Below are positions 1 through 12,125 of a stretch of 64,000 nt of DNA, piece by piece (the stretch's first letter is position 1; every line of letters starts with the position of its first letter). Origin of the DNA: Fistulifera solaris (lineage: Eukaryota); the NCBI GenBank assembly GCA_030295235.1, contig AP026137.1, forward strand, positions 434,001 to 498,000, read 5' to 3'. The notes under the pieces were generated by a model. The model had not been told where the DNA came from. It did not search any database and saw nothing but the letters and a program-made list of their open reading frames with translations. The translations under genes and the position numbers were made by a program.

Positions 1-1728
1 CGAAAACGGTGGGAAACGCAAAAGAATCGTCGTCAGCCCAGAAGACTGCACGCGAAACAAAGAGAGCGCATAGCTCGAGAGAAAGCCGTTGCGCAAATAA
101 GGGGCCGTCCTCAGAACGGGATTGAATGGAGAGACAAAGTGTTCGCTTTTCTATTCTTGCTGCAACTGGTTATAATCTGTCTCATTGCCTTACGATTCGG
201 CGTGCAAATGTATCAAAGTGACCCGACATGGCTTCCGTCTGTATTCAGAACCAAGGCGACGGGTGCTTTTTCTGCTGGTGGGCGTCAATTACACTCGGGC
301 GGGAATCATGCTTTTGAGTTCACGATGGACTTTAAAAACTTTATTGACTTGGTCAGTGCTTCGGGAATATATGCCTTCATTATTGTTTTCGTAAGCTTTG
401 GCTTCATGATGGTGTTGGGAAAGGCGCTGATACAATTTATCCTCGTGCTTTCCATCCTTATGGCTTTGGGCTGGCACATATTCGGTTTGACCACAGACCC
501 GTATGGCATCATTTCGATTGTGGGCTTTTCGGCGTTACTGGCGACTCTGGGCTATGCGTTTAGCAGCTGGCACCGCATACCATTCATCGCCACAAATCTA
601 CAAACGGCAATGCACGCGATGCGAAGCACTGCCGACATTACTATCCTGGGGATAGGGGGCCTGACCGTGGCCTTGACATGGATCATCATCTGGTCCATGG
701 CGTTTATTGGTCTCGTGAATACATTTAACAGTGCCGACTGCACAAGTGATTTCAAATGCGAAGCGCATGTGAAGAATGGTCGCCTCCTGCTCTACTTCGC
801 TCTCGCTTTTTCCTTTTATTGGACGAACTCCGTCATTAAAAACGTTGTCCGGGTGACGGTTGCGAGTACTGTTGGCACTTAGTGGTTCCGCCCGGATCAT
901 GTAGATCCGTTCTGTACAACAGCAGTGTCAACGCCATTGCAGCGTTCCGTGACAATGTTACTTGGATCGGTCTGTCTTGGCAGCCTCGTTGTCCAGCCCG
1001 TTTGGTTACTGACAGGACTGTGGACGGTCTTCGGATGCTTCTTTGACAAGGACGATCAGGAGGACACATCTCGTACTTTGAATGATGAAAGAAGACAGGA
1101 TTTGGAGTCAAATCAAGACTTGGAATCGGCTCAGAGTGAGTCGGCTGCTGATTCTATTGGTGCAAGCTTGGAATTAACTGGCTACCGTACAAGGTGTCAC
1201 TCGTTTCTTCGATCATGCAATCGCTGGTCGTATTCGTACATTGGCTTGTGTAAGTGAAAAGAATGATATTTTTTCGTGCATTAAACTTCTTGGTACTGAT
1301 GTGCGTTTTTGCTACCAGACGGATATTCTTTCGAAGAGGCAGGGGAGCGCGCACTTCAATTATTTGAAACGAGAGGTTGGCTAGCACTAGTCAATGATAG
1401 TTTCATCAATAACGTCCTGTTTCTGGCTTGCATTATTATCGCAGGAAGCACGGGTACTTTTTCGGTTGTTATCGAGGAGGTTGATGGCTTCTTCCTCACT
1501 TCCTTTCACAAGCCGGTCATCACGTCATTCCTTGTAGGGTCGGTGGTAGGATATGTCTTGGGGGACATACTTCTATTTGGCCTGGTTGCCGGTGCGGTGG
1601 ACACTATCCTTGTGTGTTTTGCTGCTGCTCCGCTCGATTTCGACAAGAATCACCGATCCCTCAGTCGCGAAATGAGAGAAGCTTGGAGTCAGAATGTCTG
1701 GGATGTCGTTCACAATAGCGCTTGTTGA
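1..1728 (+). CDS. Choline transporter-like (CTL/SLC44) multi-pass membrane protein; 5'-truncated by the window; in-frame TAG at 880-882
   Basis: Frame is open from base 1 (WRDKVFAFLF). About 10 TM segments and CTL motifs (RIPFIATNL, SFYWTNSVIKNVVRVTVASTVGT*WF, GSVCLGSL, N.WSYSYIGLYGYSFEEAG, VDTILVCFA). ORFs 139 and 925 share a frame. GT-AG intron at 1250-1318. Confidence 0.85.
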
Positions 1729-2092
1729 TGCACATAATATGTACTCTATATGCTGAGCGTCTAATATGTAACATTTTTAAAAGATAATTGATTTTTACAT
1801 GTATTTTGAATGGGAAAGGTTACCGTGGTTTTCGGTAAGAATCGGTTAGGAAGTGTCGAATTCTTCGCCGACTCTCTCTACGGGTGAAAAGACTGTTGGA
1901 AAGGCAGCGCGAAACGAAGTTTTGGACAAGTATTCACGGTGTGACATCGGACGACGTGTCTGGCAGTGAGACGGATGGATGGACGGTAGTTGGAAAGAAA
2001 CGCAAACCACGAAAGGCTATTGCGTCAGTCGAGACGAACGAAAGAGCGTGATGAGAAAGAGGACACGATGCGCCGCTCTTCTCACTTTTGTT

Positions 2093-2461
2093 TTAATGGT
2101 TAGCCAATCGTAATAGTATTGCAACTCGTTGTGAATAATTGCGTAGTTTCAACAAAGACGTTCGAGTCAAAAAGGCTTCAATTTTGCGTTCTATCTCCGC
2201 ATTGGCCTGCGCTTTCACCAGCAAATGCGTTGCATCCAAGTCCTGTAAAATGAATTTTTTATCCGCTGGTTTGAGTTCATTCAAATACTGGATAAATTGT
2301 TTCGTGGGCACATCGCACGACACCAAATATCCTGCCGAGGGTATCGCCTCCTCCGACGCTTCCTGTTCTGAGTTTCCTGCTGTTGCTCGTGTGTCTGCAG
2401 TCTTTAGCTTCTTTTCGAAGACATTTGAACTGGTTACAACAAAAGAAGAAGCCTTTAACAT
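2093..2461 (-). CDS. GTF2H5: TFIIH subunit p8 (Tfb5/TTD-A)
   Basis: GYLVSCDVPTKQFIQYLNE...KFILQDLDATHLLVK matches the Tfb5 core. The expected C-terminal 'DSNVF' is present one base out of frame after a T-run near 2170. Start and end are approximate. Confidence 0.8.
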   Translation of the reverse strand: MLKASSFVVTSSNVFEKKLKTADTRATAGNSEQEASEEAIPSAGYLVSCDVPTKQFIQYLNELKPADKKFILQDLDATHLLVKAQANAEIERKIEAFLTRTSLLKLRNYSQRVAILLRLANH

Positions 2462-2932
2462 GTAATTGTCGACAGCGACGAAGCTAATGCGGTCGCGTTT
2501 TCGTTGTTGTCGTTTTTACTCCGAATGGCGTTCATCGCCTGGCATAGAGTTCGGGGTAAGATCGGGAATCGGGAAGCCCAATCTCATCTATTCTATTTAT
2601 TTGCTAAACTATGTACCTCTACTTGCCAGCATCCTATTTACCTTTGAATAAGATCAGGGGATCTGTTGCAAAGTGATTATCTCTTCTTTATTGCCGGATC
2701 GTGTAGCCGAGGCCCAAGCTTGGCACACGACCGTGAGAACGACGACTCCTCGACTACCTATGGACATTCTACAAGAAGGAACAAAGGCGGAAGTAAATTC
2801 ATCAGAAGAAAGCTATTAGGTTACTTCTCGAAATTCACGGTATACAAGAGCCGAAAGAGCTAAGTCTCTTTCATCATGTTGCTTTCTCTCCGTCTTCATC
2901 AATACAAGTTAAGTTTACACTAGCCAAGGAAA

Positions 2933-3330
2933 TCAAGCAACCTGCGGCTTGAGCAATTGGCGTTTCTTCTGTTCCACTTCAAAGACTCGGTTGTATGGAA
3001 TTTCACTGCTGGACGACCTTGTGTGATGATGGCGGTGGCGATGATGGTCGTCTTGTTTATGAATTTCTGTGGCAGTCGGAAACCAGCCGCAACAAGTTCG
3101 GCACTGTAGATGAATATATATGAAAAAATTAGTTAGCGTCATAAGAATCGAGCAAGAATAGCAAGTCTTTAACCTACCGGGCAGCACCAGAATACAGTGC
3201 ACATTCCGCAAACGTCGCAATTAATGCATGCATTACTGCATGCCAACGCTGATTGAAACGGCCATAACCATATACGCTGACAGAACGTATGCTCTGTCAG
3301 ATCGGGAGTGATATCGCACCAGTTCGGCAT
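2933..3330 (-). CDS. Spliced 107-aa Cys-rich/His-rich microprotein of unknown function
   Basis: Exon 3330-3178 (MPNWCDITPD...CSNACINCDVCGMCTVFWCCP). Intron 3177-3104 has a GTAGGT donor, CTAAC branch point and CAG acceptor. Exon 3103-2933 (CRTCCGWF...HHRHRHHH...QVA*). The joined frame is open. Confidence 0.6.
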
Positions 3331-3710
3331 GGTGTTACAAAAGACTTGACGATTCTGTGCTTTCAGCAGTGAAAGACATCATGGAGTGGGCAAAGATAGC
3401 ATTCGAATGAAAAACGAACAAACGTTGAGAGAATCTCCACCCGTTGCACTTGTCGGCGACGACTGCAACGCTTGTCACTCTAAATAAGTTAACGGGTGAC
3501 ATTTCGTGATATGGCGAATTATTGTGTCACACTATTCATAAAACTGTTGTGACACTAATTACATAATTATTTAAGTAGAATACATAGAGGCGAAAATCGA
3601 TGCTATGAATAATTAGGGGATTCGCAGTACCGGTCCATTGGTCAACGGCTAAAGTGAAGTATAGGATAGAATGTACACGTTTGTCAAACCGAGAAGTTTT
3701 GCGCTAGGTG

Positions 3711-4880
3711 CTAGGTCGTTGCAAACTCCAGTCCAGTCACAACTTTCTCCAAAGCACATTCTCGCTTATTATTGGATGCACCACCGCGGATCGACGAGAG
3801 AACAACTTCGTTTTGTTCTCGAAATCGCTTCTTTGCTTCAGCGGCACTGACACGCGCCTTACCAAGTGACCAAATTCCTTGTCGCCGCTTTTTGGCATTT
3901 TTGATTTCTTTCTCAAGTAGCTCTCGCTTATCGAAATATTCCGCGTTTCCTCCCATATATAACTCCGCTAAGCCCTTGCGAGCGAGTTCTACAGACAAAT
4001 CGACCGCACCAAGTCCTGGAATACATCCCAGCAAAGAACCAAATCGAGGCAGCGTCTGGACCTGACAAATAGCTCGTCCGTACTGATCTTTGCGCAAAAT
4101 GTAATCTTCACCATCCGATGCAAAACAAGCTGAGAGATGTATTCTTTCGCTTCTTCGGCAAACGGCTGCGATTTTTGCGATTTCGTTTTGGCGATTTCGG
4201 GGCAGTCAATTCCATAAAAGCGAATACTGAGCGTCGAGTCGGCAATGCCACGTTTTTGCAGCGGTTCAGCCCTTTGGCGTCGAATTGAATAGAGAGGATA
4301 CTGACGAACACGGATGGTATCTCCGTCGATTACCCGCTCAACGAACGCATAAATACTCTTTTGCTGCGTAAAGTAATTTTTAGGAACATCGTCGACTGTT
4401 TGAAACTGTGTAAAAGCATCGAAAGAAGGCAGCACACGAGTATTAGTCACTGCAGCAGCATGAACATCACTTGCTACGAGGATTGTAGATGCACAAGCAA
4501 GAACACTTTGGGCAATGAAACCTCTTCTTGTTGTCGGAAGTTGCAGTGTCCTCGGTATTAAAGAAGTAGACCCCGTTGTGTGATCTCGGTTGAGTAATGG
4601 AGGAACAGGCGTGTCATCGCTTTTCATAGCCAGCAAATTAAGGAAGAGCTTCCACGCATGACATGAGATGACTGACTTATATGTGAAGAAAGCATTGCCA
4701 CAGTCCTCTTACGCTCTTTAAAAGGTGTCAAGGCTCAAGCCTAAATTGTTTTTCGTTACTCACCTGTTTCCAGAACATCATTGTGTCTCCTGGCGACGCC
4801 GATCGCGCGATTACTAAAAGCGAAACGTAGATTGCAATAAGGAACCTCAAATGGCTTGTTCTGAATCGAATGATGTTCAT
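3711..4880 (-). CDS. Staphylococcal nuclease (thermonuclease/LCL3-like) with N-terminal targeting sequences
   Basis: SNase motifs RVIDGDTIRV, IRFYGIDCPE, QPFAEEAK, KDQYGRA, ELARKGLA, AKKRRQGIW. One frameshift near 4097. Probable first exon 4880-4764 is signal-peptide-like with a GTGAGT donor; acceptor tentatively at 4676. Confidence 0.85.
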
Positions 4881-5640
4881 GGCGTTCTTGTGCCGTGTCT
4901 CTTCTTTTGTGATGGATGTTTGATATTTTTGGGAGGATCGTCGGAAGCAAAATCCAACGATATTCTTCAACGGAATCTATAGCCTAAATCTTTAGTTGCG
5001 TTAAGACAAAGCTCTGTTAAACGAGAAAAGGAACATGTTTTAGGGTTACTTCATGACTGAAGTTCAGTCGGACAACAGTTTAGAACTATAGTAAATTTTA
5101 AGGAAGAGATACAGAAACCTTTCATCGAAAAGAATCTTAAACTGAATCGAATATATTCATCGGTCACCAGCAAGCCCAATTTAATCCCTCTACTATGCAT
5201 ATTAATTGCTTCTCGACGGACATGGGCTTTTATTTAGGCTACCATTCAAGTTGAAGGCCAAGAAAGAACACAGCTTATTTTTATTAAAAAATCGTCGGGA
5301 TAATGGATCGTCGTTATACAACGTCCTTTTCCTTCCAATATTGCTGTTAACTAGCCTCATTAACCATCTTTTTGGAAAGAGTCACGGCAAAAGACGGAAG
5401 CGGACGATGGAGAAAAGCAAGCTTGATATCTGATATCTGATATCTCACGTCTCATGACTTGAAATCCAATCATAGATGCTGTAAACTTACATTTTGGACT
5501 ATAGTACATTTTGAAGGGCAGGACGAAACAAAAGTGTCTTTTGTTTTTTTATTGTGAAGGTCATCGTCGACAGCATTATAAAACTGCTGAAGCAACAATA
5601 CATTCTCGAAACTTCACCAACATTGAAAAACTTGTAGAAA

Positions 5641-6659
5641 ATGGCTTCGGGACTTCATGATCGTCGAGGATTCGATTCCTTGTTGCGTATCAACCTCGTT
5701 TTGTTGGCGCTTTCGTTGCTAATGATCTTTGTCAACTGGAAGTTGGGTTTGGCATCGTTTATCTTCCTCTGCATTACATTCATTAGTTCCGAAGCCGCAT
5801 CGGCTCCTCCTGCGAACAGTCCCGATCAGTTTGAGGCGTGGTTGCGTCGCAAGGGCGCTCGCAAACCCGTCCTTTTGTGCCTCGGAGACTCGCTCACGCA
5901 TGGAACTGTCAGTTCGTCGTTCACTCCGGATATTCCCTACAAACTCAGTTCGACGTTGGGTTTATCTCCACCGACGCAAAACTTTTTCATGGACCCTTTG
6001 TGGGTCGTCAACGCGGGTCAAAACTGCATCACAACACACGGTGTCCTTCACGAACGGTTGCATCGAGCACTCGGATGTTTTCCGGATTTTGTACTCATTA
6101 TGATCGGAACGAATGACATGCAGTGCCTCGTCAACGGTACCTTGGCCAAAGCCATTGTGAAGATCAATAAGCTTCCCGAAGTCCCGACGATGGAAGTTTA
6201 CGAGCGTAATTTGACCAAAATCATTGATTACATTCACAATCATACACCGCAAACACATATTGGAGTTTGCACCTTGCCGCCTATGGGAGAAAATCTAGAT
6301 GCTAACCCCAACCGAATCATTCGACAAGCCAATGAGGTGATTGAACGCGTTGTGAAGAAAGCTCCGGAAAGGTCACCTTGATCCCCGTCTATTCTCGTTT
6401 CGAGTCGATACTCGAAAAGAAATCAAAGAAATCCGGTTCCAAGTTTGAATATCATTACATTCTCAGCTCCATTCAAGTTCCCCTCTTTTATATGATCCCT
6501 GCCCTATTTGATTGGAACCGATTAGCGTCACTGTGTGGAAATACTCTGTTGGTGGATGGTTTGCATTTATGTGAAAGAGGACGTGATGAATTGGTCAATC
6601 TGATTGTTGAGTGGCTACTCAGCGCGAATGTCGCCAAAGCCATTGCCGTCAAAAGTTAA
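5641..6659 (+). CDS. SGNH/GDSL hydrolase with N-terminal membrane hairpin
   Basis: Blocks CLGDSLTHG, VNAGQN, IMIGTND and DGLH. Frameshift near 6375 joins ORFs 5641 and 6378. Confidence 0.85.
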
Positions 6660-6789
6660 ATTAGAGTGGTTCTTGAAGAAAAGAATCCCTATTCTAAGCG
6701 AAAGTTAATTTGGTGATGACCCAGAATTCTGGGAATGCGAGAATACGCTCTTTAATCATCATTTCACTAGTAGCGCTTTTGTACATTCA

Positions 6790-8022
6790 TCAAGATCGAC
6801 GTTTTGCAATCGTTTGAGAGGGATCGTTCGATACTGCATCGTCATTGACGATGGTAAATTCGCCCAGCCAAGTCCGTACAACTTCGTAGGTGAGAAACAT
6901 CAGCGCCGAATTGGGAACCACTTTCACCAAGTGAATTCCCATACCTGAATACAGTCCCTGGCGTCCTTCCTCTTTCGCAATCACCGCCATAGTTTGCCAC
7001 ATTCCCTTGTATTTGAAAATTCCTGAGCGCGCTTGTTCTCTCATTCTCGTTCGAGCAACTTCGTGGGGATATGTGCCTATGGAAGCAATCATCTTGGCCA
7101 ACGCCGCTGTCCAGAAAATCGTGAATTTACTCAGCTCCGAATCCGGCAACAAGCCTTGAGCAATTCGATTGTTGTTGTGACGTTTCAATAAACGCGTTTT
7201 CAATTGCTCATAAACGATAAACTGAACGGAACCTTCTAAACATCCCCAGTAACTCGCTTGAATGCCCCTGTAGAATCCCCCCAATACCTTCTTCTTTGAA
7301 AATAGTCTTGATTGCGTCACCATAACCATTGTAACTGCGTTGTCCCGCCGCCGCATCGGCAAATATTTGCATCCGCGTACGTACCATCCAAATCGGATTG
7401 GTGAGTGTATTCCCACAATCCCCGCAAAGAATCCGGCCAATAACGCATTGGGTGGTGATCCCTCCGGAAAATACGGTCCCAGGGCGTGTTTGGATTGTTG
7501 ATACGCATAAAAGTACGCCGATCGACTCGGAATAATACCCACCAGCGTCGGAGGAAGACCCCGGAAGAACCCCGCCAATCCGTCTTGTTGCACAATGCGT
7601 CGAGCAATTTCTATAGGACTACGACGCGCGATCCCTACTGTATTCGATGATTGTAATTGTGTCTTAATTACGTCCAACGGATTGGTGATACATGATGCTA
7701 TTGTTCCAGCTACGCCGCCCGAAAAGATTCTGTGTTCGACGAAAAAAAGAGTGTCAGGAGATCGGTCACATGAGTGATTGGGTAAGATTCGAACGTACTT
7801 GAACAGCTCCATTTGAGTAGCTGTCATGGTTTTCACAGCGGGTTTCGAACCACCACGGGGAGTGGCGTTCTTGTTGGTAGATTGTAAAGAACAACAGGTG
7901 TCTCGCGACTGGGTCGTCCACCGATCGAAAGATTGACCGACACGAACCGCCAGGAGGGAAGCTGGAGAAGCAGCCCAGCAGGCGTGAGCCACACACAAAA
8001 GTAATAAAACATTTGTCCTCAT
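6790..8022 (-). CDS. Mitochondrial carrier family protein (Rim2/SLC25A33-36-like) with signal peptide
   Basis: PLDVIKTQLQ, GFFRGLPPTLVGIIPSRSAYF, YPHEVARTRMRE, KYKGMWQT, VVPNSALMF. In-frame intron 7798-7730. Compensating frameshifts at about 7410-7285 hide the second repeat (TNPIWMVRTRMQ). Confidence 0.9.
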   Translation of the reverse strand: MRTNVLLLLCVAHACWAASPASLLAVRVGQSFDRWTTQSRDTCCSLQSTNKNATPRGGSKPAVKTMTATQMELFKYVRILPNHSCDRSPDTLFFVEHRIFSGGVAGTIASCITNPLDVIKTQLQSSNTVGIARRSPIEIARRIVQQDGLAGFFRGLPPTLVGIIPSRSAYFYAYQQSKHALGPYFPEGSPPNALLAGFFAGIVGIHSPIRFGWYVRGCKYLPMRRRDNAVTMVMVTQSRLFSKKKVLGGFYRGIQASYWGCLEGSVQFIVYEQLKTRLLKRHNNNRIAQGLLPDSELSKFTIFWTAALAKMIASIGTYPHEVARTRMREQARSGIFKYKGMWQTMAVIAKEEGRQGLYSGMGIHLVKVVPNSALMFLTYEVVRTWLGEFTIVNDDAVSNDPSQTIAKRRS

Positions 8023-8481
8023 TTTGGCTATTGAAATAGTCTATGCAAGTAAAAAGCATTCCATAGATTCATGAACTGAAATCTTTATTTGTTGGTTGTT
8101 TTGTTTTTTTGGAGGTGACGCCGATGATGTGCTTGGGTTGATAACCTTTTCCCGCGCAAATTGACCGTATGTCTTTACGGCACCGAGAGCGTACCCGTAA
8201 GTAACCCGTATATCAGGAACTCGTGATTCACGACGCACGACTCAACCTTAAAACGCATTCTGCGAAATCGTGAAGCAACAAAACCTGACTCATTTTCGCA
8301 CCTTTTCTCGATTTGCGTTCGACGATTTACTTTCTCAACGAAAATGCCGACCGCTGTTCTCAAAGGAATCGTATCAGCGAAACCAGAGTGCTCTCTCGTC
8401 CCATCCTTATAATCTAATAGGCGAGACCTCTAGAATTGTTTTCCTTTTTGGCACACGAGGTTTTAACGCTGTTTTTAAATA

Positions 8482-9571
8482 ATGACTCGTTTCAATTCGC
8501 TTCTCTTGTTGTTGTGGCTGGGTCATAGTCACGGATTGTCGATTAGCCCTGCGACTGCGAGTAATTCCGATCGATTGCAGGCCGAGAAGAGTAAACTACT
8601 GGACCTGCTCCAAGCGACTCCCAAAGAAGATCCGGTACTAGCGGACCCCTTGACGAAAGAGCCGCTCACAATTTCGACCTCGTCGCCCTTTCTTGGTGGC
8701 AGTCGCTACTCTCGTCAAACGTATACTCTTCAATCGCCTTCGAATACGTATAGGGGCACGTCCAGTACTTTTCTCGATTTGCTGCAACCTGCTAGTGAGG
8801 AGAAATCGGCGGAGAGTTCTTTTTTCAAAACCGTCGTTCCGCTCATTCCTCCTCCCTTACGATCGGCCATGGCCGGCATGAATGACGAATACATTCCCAT
8901 GAGAGATTTGTTCACGTCTCCCTCGGTGAGCTTTGCCTACGAGAGGGGGATGGCGCCAGGGATTTCGAACCGCGGGCTTTCCCGGACCGGACCAAGAAGC
9001 GGAAATGGCCATGGCGTACTTTGCTCCCAGTATGGCGAAAAGTGACGATAAGGTCTTGGTGGATATGTCGTGTGCCACCGGCTTATTCACACGACGTTTC
9101 GCGGCGAGTGGCAAGTATTCACGCGTGTTAGGATGTGATTATTCCGACTCGATGCTGTTGGAGGCGGGTCGTCGCATCCGGGCGGAACCTTCACTATTGA
9201 AAAGCAAGTCGACCAAACTGGAGTTGATCCGTCTGGACGTGGGACAAATCCCTATGAAGGACAATTCTGTGGATGCGTTGCATGCGGGAGCAGCCATGCA
9301 TTGTTGGCCCGATTTGGATGCAGCCGTGTCGGAGATTTACCGTGTTTTGAAACCCGGCGGGCGTTACTTTGCTACCACATTTCTCGCTTCGTATTTTGGG
9401 ACTCTACAGAGAGCCGAGGGAGGCGCTTCCGGTCCCAGCAAGCAAGCTTTTCAATATTTTGGATCTGTAGAAGAACTTCGATCCCTATTAGTGAGCGGAG
9501 GTTTCCAAAGGGAAAACATTATGATCGAGGTTCTGGGGAACGCGTGCGTGGTCATAAGGTGCGAGAAGTAA
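8482..9571 (+). CDS. Class I SAM-dependent methyltransferase, probably plastid-targeted
   Basis: Signal peptide; SFAYERGWRQGF..GFPGPD; VDMSCATGLFTRRF; DYSDSML; HAGAAMHCWPD; YRVLKPGGR. Extra G in the G-run near 8947. Confidence 0.88.
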
Positions 9572-9666
9572 ATGCGTTTCTTCTAGTGTAGTGAATCTCA
9601 AATTTATAGTAATAGATACAGCTTTTACATGATAAGATAAGATTGCAAAAACATGAGCATGCCCCA

Positions 9667-12125
9667 TTAGGCTGGTGGGGCAACATCGTTTGTATTTCTT
9701 CTCGAAGCAGCATAATCGTCTGCAGCCACATTCATCTCTACAGGTAGACCTTGTTCTCTGCGTATCTCGGCCGCTTCTTTAAAAGCGGAAACAGATTCTT
9801 CAGGTAAACCGCACTCCATACAAAGAGTTCCAATGATATTCTCAATTCGCGCGACAAAAGCATGCCGTTCACCAAAGAACCTTCTGGTCAGCTGGGAAGC
9901 TTCTCGGTAGACTGTGAGCGCTTCCTTAAAGTTGCCCTGCGCGTGATGTGCCCTACCTATGTCAAGAAGAGTTTGAGCCACGTCAAAGGAAATCTCTTCG
10001 TCAGGAGATGTTTTTCTCTGGATAGCGAGGCATTGATAGTAAGCATTCAATGCAAATTCAAACTCTTCTCTAGCAAGATAGGCTTTTCCCAACGCGAAGA
10101 GAGTCTCCGCGGCCAAAGGATGATCCTCGCCGTACTTCTGTCGTCGAATTGTCAATGCTTCATTCAAAGGCTTGATGCATTGATAGAGATCCCCAATCTC
10201 ATACAGAATTTGTCCACGACGGTGTAGCGCTTCAGCAATCTGAGTACTATCGGGGCCTTGCAGAAGTTTCGACATCTCGAGAAACTTGTCGAGATGTTTT
10301 AGCGAGTCCATCTTCTCACCTTTATGGAAGTCTAGTACTGCCATGTTGTACCACATTGCTGCTACTTCGGGGTCATCCATGTTTGTGTGCATCAAGCGAA
10401 GAGCATCTTTGCATGTAGTGATCGCGGCATCGTAGTTGCAATTATAAAAATGAACATGGCCCATGTTCAACAAAGTCCTTGAAAGTTTCTTCCGCAGCCG
10501 TAACGTACGAGAAATATCGTTGGGATTATCGGTTGGTTCATCTGAACAGATAGAGGAAGACGACGAGTTCGGAGAAACAGATTGCGAAGTCGTTGCGTAT
10601 AACTTTGCCAACGCAGCGTTTCCGCGTGTCAGCGCGTCCGAGAGCATCTCCATGGCATCAACCGGTCGCCTGTATTGCAAGTTTATTTGTGCTATGTTGT
10701 TTAAGCAAGCGAGAACGACGGGGTCAAATGCAAGGGCGTCGGTTTGTGGCTTCTTGTGAGAAAGTGAAGCTGCTAGATCGAAAAATTGCACTGCCGAATC
10801 GGCGCTGCCCCAGTGATAATGAATCAAGCCCATATTGTACATGGTTGCCTTTGAACATTGGTAGAGGGGGGATTGTGAACTGCTGGAAGTCGATTGTGTT
10901 ATCACCTGGGGGAGAGTGCAAGTTGATTTTGAAAGGTTCGCCGAAGGATAATGGGTACCTTGTGTGTCCGCTTTTGAACTTCGAGTCTTGAGGGAAAAGA
11001 CCAGGAATACTATTGTCGACACATGAATCATGCTTCATGCCTGGCTTGGGAGTTCCTGGCAAATGCTTCGTAACATTATCGTCGGCGACCAAGTGGTACA
11101 AGGACTTTACACCCTCGACTAATACTTGTCGGCTTTGCTCCGTCAGCACTCCTGTTGTAAACAGGGCATGAAGTTTCTCCATTTGATCTTGTCTCTCTTT
11201 GCTTGGAAGGCCACTTTGACTGTCGCCTTCTACGTACATGAGTGTCTGTAGCGATTCTTGAAAGAGTTTCATGGCTGTTAAGCATTCATTCGCATACAGC
11301 ATGTGCACGCCAAGATTCGTAGTCACTCCGGCATGCCGTAAAACGACAGGATCGGGAGATCGGGACAGCTTCTGCCGCATCACGTTTCTTCGCTCCACCA
11401 TTAACGCCATTGCTTGCGCGGCGTAGTCTTTCAGTTTTGCTTTTCCTCTTCGGTCAAGCCTTGAGGGCGAGGCTCGGGGCCTTCCACACAGAATGTACCT
11501 AGCTTATAGCCTGTAACGAACGTATAAATGCGTACAAGTGAGTGTTGTGTTCAAATCTTTGCGAACTAGGCCAAACGAAAAGTAACTTACCTTCAGGAGA
11601 TATTAGAGGAGCTCCTGCATAAAATCTAAGGCGCGGCCCGTCTGTCACCAAAGGACTTTTCATGAATCGCTCATCCTTCTTCGTATCATTCACAACAACA
11701 ATTCCCTTCTTATTCAAAATTGTGTGTGAGCAAAATGCTACTGCCCGCGAAGTCTCCCGAACATCACCCGGACATCCCGTGTTACTGAATAAAAATTGTC
11801 GGCCCAAATCGATCAAGCTAATCAACGACGTGGGCACCCCAAAGACTTTACACGCCTCTTCTGTCAATTTGTCGAATGCTTCTTCCTTCTCAGCGTCTAG
11901 CAGCAAGTATGATTTGAGTGTTAAGAGACGCTGCAGCTCTCCTTCCACGGTTTGCTCTTCCGCTTCAGGATCCGGAACAGGAAGAATCCAGTCGGGTGTT
12001 TTGGAGTCACCGGAAAGATTTCGCGAGGAAACCGACAGCAAAGCTTCTTTGAGCTCGTCTTCCGTAATATAGTCCTGTACAGAACGCCCAAAGGCGGATG
12101 TTTGTGTTGCCATAGTGTGAATCAA
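9667..12125 (-). CDS. GAF-domain + TPR-repeat protein
   Basis: N-terminal GAF (RLLTLKSYLLLD..EEAFDKLT, ISLIDLGRQ, FCSHTI, LRFYAGAPLISPEG|YKLGTFCV). Intron 11590-11511. Frameshifts near 11440 and 10865. C-terminal TPR array (YGEDHPLAAETLFALG, FFGERHAFVARIENIIG). Confidence 0.8.

Noticed and set aside
1810..2052. Short + strand frame ending SETDGWTVVGKKRKPRK
   Set aside because: Looks peptide-like, but there is no in-frame ATG or supportable splice structure.
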